The notes below the pieces were generated by a model, which worked only from the letters and a program-made list of their open reading frames with translations, had not been told where the DNA came from and ran no database searches. Made by a program: the position numbers and the translations under genes. From the NCBI GenBank assembly GCA_040954595.2, contig CM082594.2, positions 10,978,276-11,042,275 on the forward strand: DNA of 64,000 nucleotides, in the 5' to 3' direction. This DNA comes from Balanoglossus misakiensis (taxonomy: Eukaryota; Animalia; Hemichordata). This document shows positions 23,501 to 38,500 of this stretch, piece after piece (position 1 is the stretch's first letter; each line of letters begins with the position of its first letter).

Positions 23501-26500
23501 CACTCTAGTGGAAGGGCACCACCACTCATGGCAGAAGTACGCGGAACGGGTTAACGCAGCTCACAGCCGAGCAAACTACCTCGCGTGTGTACAAATCATG
23601 AATGCTCCATAAATTTGATGACAGCCATCACTATAGCAAAGCAGTCAAACCCTCACAAAACATGCCGTGACTTAGATACTTTCACCTCGGTTGAGAAAAT
23701 ATCACCGTAATCAATTTGCGCTAAACGCTATAATTTGCACTGCCTGTCAAACCTCGGTGCGAGGTTGCTAAGAAAAATGGCGGCGATACAAAAACGCCAA
23801 ATAACCTGCATACAAAAACACAGCCCTCTTTTGCAGGACAGTAAATCGTTTCCTTCCTAATCTCCAATGAACATGCTCGACCTCATCAAGGAGAAACTAC
23901 CTTGATAAATGGCAATACATCAAACCTAGCCAGCCCACACTGGAATTCCAAAAACAAAAATATACTCTCACTATCATTCATTCTACCTCTCATCCGGACT
24001 AAAAGATCTTCATACCTCGCGCCACAGACCGTCCCTTCCACTGCTTCAGCAGTCAGACAATAAAAAATACAATAACCAAACATCACAAAATAACAAATAA
24101 ATATAACAAAGTGATCTTCTGGGCCATCATTGATCGAGATTTCACAGCATCCAGTGTTTACGGCAGCCTTGAGTACAATAAAACAAAACGGAGGACCCTT
24201 CAGTTGGTTAATTGTCCATGATAAACCATGTCTTTTTCTTGTCGCTTAAAAATCAGTAAAACAGAGATATAACTGAGTCTGTAGTCTGCCTTCCCATTAA
24301 ATGAGACTTGATTTTATTACCTGTTTAGTGTTTAATCTTAGCGGCCATCTCACAGTCAATGTTGAGTCCATTGAAAGGTGTTTTTGCTGTATACGTCGAT
24401 TTTATGCGGCTCTTGCATACTATGTTTTAATTTCATAGGGGCGGTGAGTGACGAATCAAGTTAAAGTAAATGGATTGGAAAGAACTCCAAAATTTGGTTA
24501 AAATCGGTACTTCTAAGGATCAGCATCGAAAGTTCAATATCAGATAAAAACTTGATTCCTTCAGTTTTATGGGGGGAAGGGGGGGGGGGGAGGGGGTTTC
24601 ACTCGTCCTGCAGGCGAGAACCACTCGTTGTAAACACTGATGCACAAACACCCAACATCTATAAAACACCAATGAACCAATTCACAGACAAGCATACACA
24701 ATTGCCACACACACAGTGGATGAGCTTGGGACCCCCGACAGGGAAACGGACAAAACAGACAAAAGACTGAACTTATGGCATACTAGTGCCAAGTATGTCA
24801 CAATGCTCTCATCACGCACAGCAGGGGGAACAATGCGCAACCTTCAACAAAATCATATAGAAATGTAATGTTCAAATAACAAATGTAAATCTTCTACAGT
24901 TATTTTTCAAACCTACGCACTGGTAATTCAGTTTCATTGGGACATCTGTTTCCACAATCTTGCAATGACTTCCCTTTATTTCCCTGTCATCTTTTCAACG
25001 CATCTTTCATGTTTTTCGTGATTGACTGATGACATTTAGATGTTTTCCATACCAGAGATGTCAATATGCCAAGTGACAAAACACAGCTTCCCCCTTTTAT
25101 ATGTCATGTTCACCTCTTTGTTCAGCGTCCTATTATCAACCACTGAATTTTCCTGGGACAAGTGTGTGACTCAAATCTGTTGACAGGCATGACCACCCCC
25201 CTCCTCCCCTTATCTCACAAAGACTCGAGCGCATTGGATGTAAAGTACAAAAACAACCATGAAACACACCCACTTTCTCAGAACTTCCACAGAGGACCAA
25301 GGACACCGTTTTTGAGGTCAAGTTCAAGCTCTCACGGCACCTGTACTTGTTTCCCACCCACTTAGAATGCCATGCGGTCCAATGGCATGGCAGGTTCATT
25401 CAACTTTGCCATTGTAGGACGAAAACACGACCTAGAAAGAGAGACTCATGCTACCTCCCACCAGAGTGACCTCTTAATCTAACACTGATATTGACCATGG
25501 TTTGAGTAAGAAGCTTATTGATCACTGAATAACGAAAACTCTTTTTTCGACGTTTCTTTGGATATTTTGAATTTGACAATTACAAGTCCCTATGACAGAA
25601 CCAGAGTGACATGTTAGCATTAATGATAAAATAGTCCACAAAATCCAACAAAAGACGTTTTGCACTGTTCTCTATTTTCACTGCAAGGCAATGACCCCGC
25701 TTCATACTAAATCTGTGCGTGGCGTACTTTTTTTCTGAGAGAATTAAAATCTAAAGAGGAAAAACAAGCACACAAATTGCAAATGGCACAAATCTGTTTT
25801 TCCTTCAAAACACATCCATGGTCATGCATATGAATTCCTGCTTTCTTCATGAATATTAATGAGGTGGAATGCTGGGTAATGTTGGCCATGTGCCAAGCAA
25901 TTCCCAGCGGAATTGGCCGCTGTCATGACTGGATCAGCAAAACCCACAATCCTGCTCCATTGCATATGTAATGACCCCAACAGCAGCAAAGGCAATTTGA
26001 AGTCCACTTAATTGTCATCTGAAACAACTATTAAAACATCAGAGGACTTGATAATGAGCGGCTACGGAAATTAAGACATGTTCCGATATTAGAATTTTAT
26101 GCTAATGACCATAAAAAAGTCCCATCCACACGCACTAACAGCAGATGTGACTTTTAAGAGCCAAAAACCTAACTTCTTCTTTCACAAGAAATAAAATCAG
26201 TCGAACATAACTAATGGGGTGTCCCCTTTTGTCCTTGACATCTGAATGAGGAATGCTGCATTTACAAATTTGCTAGTTTGCTCAGATTAGTCACACTAAA
26301 AGAAACCAAAACATGAAATCTAGTGAATGGGTGCAAGTGTGTGTGTAACTTGAACACAGATATGTACCGTACTCTGGAACATCACACAAAAAACCACCTG
26401 GGAAATATCACCCCAGTCATCAATTCCTTTTCTAAACGACAGAAACAAACTTCACACCCTTCCAACATCAATGATTCATAAAAACATTTGGCATACAGAC

Positions 26501-29500
26501 ATCATCTATCAAACTCCAGCGCCATCCGATCTCTTGCGCTGTCCACAGAGACTGCAACAATTCTGTTCTTTGACAGAACTGCAGTAATTCTGCCGGGTGG
26601 TCATCATATTTTCATTTCACCTTGGGGGAAACAAACGATCCTTCAATAATTGGAAATATAAGTCAAGTGCGACCTGAGCCATCATCGTCATCGGCACGGC
26701 AACACCCAGCCACGAACAGGAACTCGGAGATAGGGAACATTCACTCAGGGGGGTACTAAAACAATCGCTACACGCGTGTTTACTTACTTAGACCCGACAG
26801 AATGTAGTGCGAACGGTCACTATTCAGCCGAGTGGGACCGGTCAGCTCTGCGGCGTCACCTTCGGAATAAAAAAGCTGGAACTCTCGGACAGCGACTGTG
26901 TTCGAGGTCTGCAAAGTCCAGTGGATCCACACGGCCGTCGAGTTCAACTTCTCCAATTCCAGCTTGGGTGCCAGAGGAACTAAACACAGGAAAGTAGTGA
27001 AGCAAACAAAAAATCTGAAATTGTAAAACTTGCATGTACGGTAGACAATGGTTAGTAGCACATATTGTGGCATGGCAAGTAAGGTTCTCAATTCTGGCCG
27101 CACACTTGGTTTTGAATCTAAGTTTTCTTTTGGTGTTTCAAAGAGATGTAAGATGCAAGAAATAGAAATTCCTGCGTGCTGTGGTCTTACTTGTGTGATC
27201 CTGACTGGCTGTTCTCTTGTCACTATACGGGGAAACAGGGCCCTCCCCGACACTGGTGGACGCCGACATCTTGATACTGTACACCGTATTAGCCTCCAAA
27301 CCTCCAAGTGTGTACTCTTGTGTGGTCCTGTCGACGTTGATAATGACATCGCTCATAGCCCCTCTCCGGTGGTAATAAATGTGATAGCCAGTGATCTCGC
27401 CGTTACGAAGCTCCTCGGCTAGTGGCTCCCATGTGACGATAATACTTGTGGGGCTGTTGCTTGACAGGGTGAACACTGGAGCCTCTTGGGGAACTGCAAT
27501 GCAAGACACCAGGCGATTATTCTAACATAGAAGACCGGCAAAGTTTCAATAAAAATTGTCGCCATTGCGTTCTGACCAAAGTAACTTATGAAACAATTGT
27601 GTGCATGTTTCACACCAACATATTGTTACTGGTGATTATACTACTGTGAACAAAATACTTCCAGACTTTAATACCCTCAGCATCCAGAAATGCTAACGTA
27701 TTTTATTGTGACGGTCTTCAACAAGGCAATTATTAATCTAAGTCACTGGAAAAAACTTCTTTTTTGCGACTTGTCCGTCACTATGTTAAAATGGCAGGTG
27801 GACCAGTGTTTTGTTATGTTTGTGCGACGTCATAGCATAATCTGTTGTTTCAGCTATACAAGGATTATAACATCACCTAGAGCAGATACAGAAAGAGCTT
27901 AAATCCTTTTGATAAATGCCGCAGTTGTCTCTCCCACTCCTGTCTCTGCTACATAATGGATGTATAAGAATACTTTACATGGACACACAAAAATGTGCTG
28001 CTCGTCTCAAAGCCAATATTCACCATTCACACCACACACTGGTTATCAAAAAACTAATGTCAAAGATAAACCACAGATTCAAAGTTGCCAATCAAAATCC
28101 AGCGTCCACGGATTCAAATGCTGGTTGTTCGGGACTTTATTATTTGGGTTAGCAACCGGATCATTGGAACTGATAAAGGGTTAACTTTTAGCCTCTGCAT
28201 AGACAGCTGTCGATGGCTTCATTTCAATCTCAAGCTTAGTCAAGAGATGGCCTACTTTTGAGTGAAGCCTGTCCTAATGGACACCACTACAATCAGGACG
28301 CCTCTCTACTGAAGACAGATTTTTGAAGATGAAAGTCACAAATCAAGTAGAATTTTGGCAGAGACTTCCCTCTTATGGAAAGTATTTTTCCCGTTACCAT
28401 GGATGTCTTATAAACAGAGAGGCTTCGCTGATAAGCTGAAACCAACTGTTACAAGGTGTCATCTTGGGAATGCTTAGCATCTGACCCGCATGTCAGTTGT
28501 TGTTTTTTAATTTAAACCTCCATGCCTTCATGGACTCAGTATTTTTGTTTTGTGTATCTACTGACACCTACCATCTTCTGCCGTCTTCAACTCGATAGTT
28601 TCAGACTTGTCTCCGACTGATTTGGTGGTGTAGGCTGTGACATAGATCAGATAATAACTGTTTGGCTGCAAATTCTCAATAAGGTGGCTTGTGACATATG
28701 GATCGATGGCTTGCTGTTCTTCACGACCACCTGTAGAAGAACACACACAACAGAGTCAGTGGAGTTTATGATCTCTTGGTACACTGGCTGCATTGATTTT
28801 GTATTTCTTTGTTTATTTCTATTTTCCCCCAACACAACCATCAGCAAACGGCTACATTCATTTTCCAGGAGTACGATTTCAATTTCTTGGAACATTCATG
28901 GACTCTCCTGCAGTGGTTCCCAATTCACGGACTTTCCAGGAACCCTGCCTTCCATAGAACAACCAGTGGTTAACACAATTGGCCAGCACAATTGACACAT
29001 AATCAGGGATGCAGAAAATAGCCTACAGCCGGCAAAAAAAACGGCTGTGAAAATCATTACTTAAATCATGAAAAATCTGGGCCATTTTGCACAACTATAA
29101 TGTGCTCTCATACTTCATGTAATCACCTATTGCCACCTGTAATTACAATAATTTTCCACATCCTTGATAATATATAATTGAGTCCAAAGTACATGAATCC
29201 AATAATTATCCATTCACAACGAACACTATTTCTAAGGAATTACATTGATAAAGTATATCATTGGTTAAGTACTGAAATTTGTTAAGTGAGACCGTGTGAT
29301 GTTCACAAATAGATAATCTGCAGAGGCTGGGCAGATGTTTCTTACCGACAGCTGGTGTTATGTGCACCGTGTATGCTATGATAGGTTCATTCTCAGGTGC
29401 AGTGGAAGGAGTCCATTGGATGCGTAATGAAGTGCTGTAGGCTGCGATGCCCATCAGGCCAGTGGGTGAACTCGGACTGTTGCCATCTGATAGAGAAAAG

Positions 29501-32500
29501 AAAACACTGTTAGGTGCCACAGGGAGAACCTGAGTAATGCCCTAGTCAAGGGTAATATTGATGATGATGATCAACATATATTAACGGAATCGCTTTTACT
29601 GTTCCAGGAATCTTCCTAGGAGCATGCTCACATGTGAGGACATTCCGGAAGCAAAGTTTCCCTTCCGGATACTTTGTTGGAATTTCATTTACAACTGGGA
29701 TTGGCACCAGTGCTCTTGTACCACAGTGACCGAACTGCCCACAAACTTTCACGAATGCTGTGGAACTTACCCACTATAATTTTCAGACAAGCGCTTGCCT
29801 GAACCTGACCAGCGCTATTGGTGGCCACACACTGATAAAGGGCGTCGTCTCTTTCCCCCTGGCCGGAACGCACTCCTGAGATGACCAGGTCACCTAGCAA
29901 CTCGGGCTGGTTGATTCGTCCGTTGATATGAACCGGTTCGCCATTTTTCAGCCAGCGGATCACCGGCTGGGGTTCGCCCTCAGCACTGCAGGAAAACCTG
30001 GCTGTACCCCCGACCGGTCTTGTAACCGTCCTGGGTACTTCTTTCAATCTTGGCGGGGCTAGAATCATAAGACAAGGCGATAATGCAAATTTAAGATGAC
30101 AGAATTCAACTAATTAGATTAATAGAGCAGAAAAAATAGATCTCTATTTGCAAAAAGTGACAGGGTTAATAATATGAAGAATGGCCTCTTCCCTTACCAT
30201 GTACTTCGAGTTTCCCCCTCGCTTGGACCACGGCGCCTGTCACTGTATTCGTAGCAGTGCACACGTACCAACCACTGTCTTTGATCTTGAGACCTTCAAT
30301 TTTCAGATTTGTTTCCCCGAAATAGGAGATCCTATCCCGGCCTGATAGACTCAATCCTGAAAGAACAATTGCAGTAGGAAAAGATGTCAATATGATGAAA
30401 GAACCAGTTCCCCAAGGTACAATGTATACAGTTCAGAGTTTATGCTTTAATCTTTTCATTTGTGCTTTTCATGGATTGTTTCATGTCCTTTTAAAAATAC
30501 ATCTGTTATGCAACCCTAATTAGAGCACACTTCTTTCCGGAACAGTTGATTGTATGATGACCTAGGTCAATGAACTGAAGTGACTTACTAACCACAAAGT
30601 CAACCACCTGTTTCCTACGCTGGGGGGTCGCTAACTGATATGAATACTTTCTGGACCGCAGTGCGCGTGTACACCATTTCTAAATTCATAGTCTAATTTA
30701 TTTTACACATAAAGCAAACAGCCATTAAATTTAAAATTAGAATAATTTTTACATATATCTGCTAAAAATAATATGGTTTTATTGATTGACTGAAATAACA
30801 AAATTAATTGCCCTTTAAAATTTGTTTTATTGGTAATGTATATGAAGGGGTGCAATTCTCTATAACCATATTTTGGCTTTCTATGAGAACTTCATCGCGC
30901 TCTTTTTGAGTATTTCGACATAATGAATATTCAGTTGTCAGAGGTGTGCTCTCTCAGCCTTGCCTGCGAGTCAAGATCAACAATATGGTGATGTCACTTT
31001 GGAGGCTCTGGATCAAGATGACACCATTACATATACTGGTAGCAACAGCAGTGCGCTAAAAATAACAATATATGGCCAGCGAGTTTTTTTTATTGTTGCC
31101 AATTATACTTTGTTCTATTTTGAATTTTTTTGTTATCATAAATGATCTGGCAGCTGTTAAAAGTACACAGTAACATTTCTGCATAACATATGCAGGAAAT
31201 GTTTTTAAAGAATTTCAAATACCTTCTTTGCTCCAGGTTACCTCTGGCATGAAATCAGTCGGAGACCCACGACCGGCCAGACATTCGAGAACCACAGTCG
31301 ACCCGGCCAATAGGGTGACATTCTGTGGGCCGGCCAAGATCACTGGCTTTCTCTCATCGTCGTCGTCGAAATTCCCTGATGATGGAGTGGATGCTGGCTG
31401 CACCGTCAAACTTCCCTCTACACTTCTCCGCCTGCTGACCACATTCTCCGCGACGCATCTGTAACTTCCAGCATCACTTTCCTGAAGATTATGAATTTGA
31501 AGAACACCTGAGGGGAGAGAAATAAACCTGGAAAAGAAAAAAAAGATTATTTACTTATGCGATCATAAAAATGAGGAGTCCTTATATAAATGTTATCATG
31601 TTTCACGTTACATGTGCAGTAAAACCTGTTTAATCTGTAAACCTCTCTATACCGAACACATTTTCTGCTGGATAATTAAAACAAATTTGGGGAAACTGTG
31701 TCACATGGTTGAAAGCGTACTAACATACTTAAACTGGCATTAATATGTTCAAATGTCATTTGGGTCACACGAATTCACCCTTGTCATAGGATATTGAACT
31801 GTGTAATGATATTGTTTAAGGTCACTATCATGGAACACTTAAGTTTGTGTTAAGTTGTAAGGTCACTCTGGCCTCATTCTTCTGTTATTAGGAATTCACA
31901 CTCCCCAGGACAAAACTCACAAGTAACATTTCAATGATGTTTGTGACGTGGATGTTGCATTTGTTGAGGCGTTCCACGGTCAACGGGTTGCTGAGTCACA
32001 AATCCAAGTTCTGCTATTGGTTTATCATTCCCCAGCTCTCCGCCCTCTCACTCTTCAGCACATGCTGTTGAACATCAGTTTTTGTTTTTACATTTATTTA
32101 TTTATTTATTTGGAACCACTTCTTTTATAAAACACATTTCACTTACATTTCTCAGTCTGTTAAAATGTTTGCCCTCACCTATTTTACACTTATATCTAAC
32201 AATATTGTAATTTGTAGTTTGTTTTACCTATTTTAGTATTTACAAAGGCGGCTGTAAATGGGTCTCATGCCCACTGACCTACCTGAATACATAATTAAAT
32301 ATTTCAATTTAGAATATTAGGTTGGTTTGGTGTATCTAGGATACATGGTCATTGATCCGCAGTAAATCATAATAAACAAATCTGACTTTGAACACACACC
32401 AGATGGTGTCCCTCTCAACTGACAAGGTGAATGCTTGGTAGCCTTTACTCCACTTAACTAGATAATCAGGTAATCAGATCCCCATGGAGACCTCTCCTCT

Positions 32501-35500
32501 GGTGGACATAAAAAAAGACTTTCCTGGAAACTTTGCCATCAGTTGCCAAGACGAAAAATCAAGTATAGGGTATTTAAGCATGCTGCTTAGAGTAGAACAA
32601 GAAATTTCATTTGGTACACAGATTAAAAATACTGAAAATAAAACCAAAAGTGACAGCTAACGTCCCTTTAAAGCAGAGAAGGTGAAATGAAGTTGATGGA
32701 GAGCTCATTGATCATAGTTGTGTGAGAGGGTAGACGCATTAAAATTTCACAAGTTGTAGTTTAGGAAATTGCAATTTTATTCAAGACATGATGCGGACAG
32801 CTGAGGACCGAGCAGGTGGCCTTCTAGCGCACACGCATTAAAATATAAATTTAGTCGTCGATATTTGCATTTTATGAATATTGATAACGTTAAAATTTCC
32901 ACCCACTGAATGCTTGATGAGATCTGGGTTGTAAATGTGACAAACAGTTATACAGTGACATGTGTTTGTTTTGCAGTACTGTGCATCAATGCAGAGTGAA
33001 CTTCATCAATTGTGTTTCTTGTGAAGATCACACTGAACTTGATGTAGTGCTGGTACATACCTGTTGCTTCGTGGCAAGGATACCCTGTCTTTTTCCCAAA
33101 AATAAACTGCTTGAGGTATTGAATTGGCTGAACAACTAAACCTTGCAACGTCTCCAATGTGCGCTATTACCGGTTCTGGCTGCACCACAAACTTCGGCTT
33201 TGCTGCAAATGAAACAGAAAACAGAAAACACCAAATTAATTTTCATTATTTGCTAAAAGCAATGCAATTATCATAACATTGATTTATCAAAGATGAAATA
33301 AATATACTTCAACTACTCCCATCAATCTGTATGTACATCAACCTGATTCACCATTCACCCCACTGCAAAAAATTCTGACCCCCAAAACGCAACCAATATG
33401 TCTCTGTCCAAACAAAACTCATACATTACATGTACACAGCACAACAGAGGAATGGACAGAAAAAAAACTTAAACACTATCAAATAAACTGCCTATCCACA
33501 TATCACATTAACAAAGTAGTACAGGTATGTATTTCAAATTAATAAATTCTTCACCAATTTATGGTTGCTTAGAAGTGGTATTGTCGGACTACAGTCGGAC
33601 CAGTAGTTCAGTTTGGGTACGGACGTGAGATTAGCTCTGGCTCAAAATTTAAGCCAGTATAGTGTGGACGCATTACGGGTACCAGTTGAATATCTCACTT
33701 CTGACTTTTCACTCTGAAAGGATTAACTGTTAACAATGCTGGCTCCCGACTTTAAACTGTGTGAGTGTGGATATGGATGAAAGTGCCAAGATTTCTCGTT
33801 GTTTTTCCTGGCAAGCTACAAAACACGGCAAGGGAAGGGAACGCACAACACATCCGATCAAGCAGTGTGTACAGGGCGAAACGTTTGTCATATCTGCTGT
33901 TATTTTGATTCATGTGTGATCGCAAAGGGAGTTGACAAGTGACTGAAAGATGTACAAGTGAATATTCGAAGGGCACCAGGTGCAGGAAATTGATTCATCT
34001 TGTCCCAAGTGTGCCACAACACAAGTGACTGGCAATATTTGGGAAGTTCCACCCAGTGGATGATAATTCTTAATAAGGGCAATATCACACAGCCTGCTGC
34101 TTCTAGTAAGTGGGGTATCTCCGATGACAGAGAACAACAACTTCTGATCACAGATGGATATCTCTTGAACGCAATTCTTAAAATACACCGACAACACAAC
34201 TGATCAATGTTCTTCAAAGAAGATGACATTTGTTTTATTCAGAAAATATTTCTCGGCACTCACAAAAGCAACACGTTATCTTAAATCCCGATGTGATCAG
34301 TTAAGCAAATATATCAGATCAGTATCTTGATTCAGTAATCTATCCAGTATCAGGTTGATAAAACAGAAATGATTTGGAGGAAACATGTAAATACCCAGTA
34401 TTTATTTTCTCTGTGCGTAATTGACACACAAAACAAAGAAATACATAGAAATAGCCAGAAGTTAAATGGTGCCCCCTTAATAGAGACATGTATATTGCTG
34501 ATGTATCTGTTATTTGCACATGACATGTACTTGCCATGAACTACAGATGTTCTCGGAATTTGTGGCTACAGGGGACGTTTGACAGAAACTTGGGTGATGA
34601 CAGAAAAACAACACGCTCGTTCAATATTCATGAGGTGTTGATTTCTCCAGAGGAAAGGTCAATGCTAAAAGCCCCGCTGTGCTGTTAATTGCACTTACTC
34701 CCTTGTGATAAGCCTCTTTGAACTAATAATTTTCGACAGATTATCTTGGGAATTTTCAGATAGTGAATCATGAGTGACATTTCCAAAAGATGTACTTCTC
34801 CCACAAATATACATTCTCTGTGTATTCAAATTTTATCTATATTGATTTTTGGTAATGGCCTTGACATTAGTCGTCCTACATTAGGGTATTTGTCTTAAAA
34901 TATTCACTAAATTGTGTCAAGTTGTTAAGCATTGCGATCATGACTTTGCTTTAATCACTCACACTGACATTTTTTTTTTCGTTTAAATTTTATCGAACAT
35001 TTTCGGTTGGCCTACTTTTCAGCACGGCCGGCCATTACTCTCCTTCCGAGCTAACTACAATTAAATCAACCGTAAATTTACCTCCTCCTCCTCATCAGAT
35101 AATACCCAGTTCTCACAGGCCAGCCTAATTAACAACCATTTCACTGAATTCACCCACACACAATAAGCTCTGATTGAAGAAGTATTCTGATTAAAAGCAA
35201 ACTACAGCACAAACAAACTCCCTCAAACGACGCTTAACAAAAAGCACATCCTGTCACCGTAAATTTTTCCATTTTTTTGCTAAAATCAGTCGTACGTTGG
35301 AATTCATTCTACGTCAATAGCGTGAGTGAAATGATATCTATTGATTTTTTCAACACGTTTTCCAGGTTTGGCTTTCACATAATTGAGTCGATCAACTAAT
35401 TAATCAATTAAAGGCTGAATGGAGTCAGTGGCTGAATACACAAGTCTTCAAGTTCTCTCTTCTGTGACACACATCACCTGTCAATCTCTCCATGCTTCAG

Positions 35501-38500
35501 ATGATCTGACAGGAGCAAAATAAACTTCAGTGATGAATTTTAAAGGGACATTAGCAGTAAACTTCTGTCCATTTTTATCCATCCCCTTTCCCACCCACAC
35601 GGCATTGGTTATTCACGGAGCACACTTGCTTCCGAGCATCCATCTTACCCTTGATCTACTTCATTCCCTTTTCCGGGATAAACCCATCCTCCGGGAAGTA
35701 AACGAGGGATTTGGATAATCTTGCAAAGGGAACTAAAACCAAGCCGATAATACCATCAGTCAAATTTACTGGCTGAGAATTATCACGGTGGCCCCAGGAC
35801 CTGGGCGCTATAGTCAAGTCATTTTTTACAGTAGCTTTTAGCTCCACACATATGAAATATTAAATGTTCAGGCAACCTCAACTGTAAGTAAACTAACCAC
35901 AGGGCATATGTTAAAGGAAAATGGAAACTTTCAATTTCGGGTTTTGAATAGATATATTGGCTTTAACCCCACACTTCCTTAATCTCGTTTAATTGAAATA
36001 TGAATTTGACCCTGAAGTTTGAAATAAGAAGTTACTGGCTGTGGGACATTGCAGTTCCTTAAAGTTTTAAAGGGCAAAAGTCATTTTCTTTTAGTCATTT
36101 GGTTATCTTAGCTTCTTTTGATAGAGACTTGATGGCGTTTTGCTCACTGATTGGTTGTCACAACTCAACGAGTGCCCTGAACATGGATATAAAAATTTCG
36201 GTTAATAACATAAATTATGTCGTAGTATTCACATGTAATGTTCGTATGTGGGGTACGAGATAAGCTATAACAACCAGAGCAGAACGACATAAAAAATCAA
36301 TATCAAAAGAAACTAAAATAACCAAAATAATTTCACAAGAGTTCAGCTCTGCCCCTTTAAATCACAATTCGGTGAATTCAACCAGCAAAGTTGGCCGTCA
36401 TTAGGAAGAAGATGCTTGTCACAACTGCTGGAATATAATTGGAATGAGATTTCTATGCAGGTTTCTTTCACTAGGCCAGTGACCACACAAAGATATAGAC
36501 TGAATAGATAAAATACCCTCTTTGGAAACTGTCAATCAACTTCTTTTTTGCTTACACATCTCAAGTTGATGATAGGTTTAAATATCTCCCACCTGCCAAT
36601 CACGTTATCTTTTTTTTCTGACTTACAATGTATCTAAACATCCTCATAAAAAATTTCGCATCCTCAGTTTTGTACATTTCGTCTCAGAAAAGAGTTTGAT
36701 TGGACGAAAGAAATCCCCCTGGAAATCAACGAATCACATAAGAACTGTTTATGTAAAAACTGGGGTAGAAGTAAACTATCCCAGAAGCTGAACACAAATT
36801 GCTTCTTCAGTTATTACAATATAATGCAAACATGTGACAGATTTTATTACGCAATTTTCTGTGTGATCTGATCCACCTTTTGTCCATGACACTGATGACG
36901 AGGAATTGAACGAGAAAGGTGACACGCCATTACAGTTGAAATTCGATTCATAAAACATAACACAGATCAATATTTAGCGTGCGATGCAAAGAATCTGGCG
37001 AGCACAATAAACAATCTATTACTCGGTAATCTCGGAGGGTCACTCGCCATCAATAACCCTCACTCTTCACACTTCATAATTTCCACTCTATTACAAACAG
37101 CGGACTTTTGTCACCACAGAAAGTGCATTACTTTCAGCCATGAGATGCGAACACCGTAATAAAACTCTTTCCCTGCCAAGTAGCTGAGAGGCACCGCGCG
37201 AGGGAGGGGGGCCCCTACTTTAATTTCGCTGGGTTTAAACGTAAGACAGTCAAGGTACGCATTTCGTTTGATTTATGTCTGATTCTGAGATTATTTTCTC
37301 CTTTACTGAGTTCACGACATTCCGCAGAAAGCCGCGCTTTTCCCGAATTTCACACCAAACTGTCTGTGCGCCGGCCGAATGTCCACGCAAGGACAAAAAA
37401 CAACATGGTTATTTTACGCTTGGCCTCTTCGGCTAATGCAAGCATTGTAAAGAACTCCCTTATTTGGGGACTCTGAAGTGACCTTGAAATCGGAGAGCTT
37501 TACTGTTTTGTCAATATCCAGTTCATGTCCTTAGATAGCCTTCCAAAATCATGGCGCATCATGGGTGAGCGGACTGCTCCATTCCTTGTGCAGGTTGGTC
37601 AGGGGGGGTTGCTTGTGAGGAACTCATGCAAATATAAATAAATAATATCATTCTATAATTACTTGCGTGGTTCTTTCAAGACATGTATCTTCATGCAATA
37701 GCATCAATCACAAGACAGTATCTTTTCATGACATCTCAACATCTCCTCGAAACCTTTTCCAGATACCCACAATCAAGACACCCCTCTGATAAATAATCTT
37801 GGCTCTGCATAAATGCAGCTCCTGTGATAGTAATATAGGCCTATCTCCCTTGCAATTCACCTATTTCAACACTTGTCAGATACCACATTTTCTTCTTCTT
37901 CTGGAAATTCACAATTCTCTAATACCAGTAAATTTGTGTACTACACGCGCGAAGGCACTTCATCGCATATTTTTTATTCACTACCACACACAGTGTAAGA
38001 CTGTACATTCCTCTAACGAACTGCTCATGTAATATTCATGATGTTGCAATCAACAAAGCTATCCAATCAGAACTTGACCCCTGGCACGAGTCCAAGGTTA
38101 AGGCTTACTCATGCGCTCTCCTTTCAACTCCAAATTAATCTTCGCTACCTTGGAATTGGCCAGCATCAACAATGCCAGGGTCTAATGAACCAATGAACAG
38201 ACTGCCTCACAATCTGGGAGACTTTAGAGGGGGGGGGGGGGGGTTGCATGGGGCCTGCCCGAACTACTTTTACAAGGTATAGGCATCCACCAAAACCGTT
38301 ACAATCCTCATCAACAATCACTATCTTCCAGTGAAGATACTTTTCAAAAATAAGATCCATCACATGTTCAAGTAAAGAAAGATGGTGTACCAGAGTACAT
38401 GTGCACTAACTTTGAGGAATAATACTAAAAAAATTAAAATTCAAATGATTTTGAAATCGAATCATAAAAACATTAAGAAATGATAAACTGTGGGTTAAAC

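Noticed and set aside
36098-36113. TTTGGTTATCTTAGCT resembling mature miR-9
   Set aside because: It has an insertion and a 5' mismatch, no adjacent star arm for a precursor hairpin, and lies in a probable degraded TTAAAGGG-ended repeat
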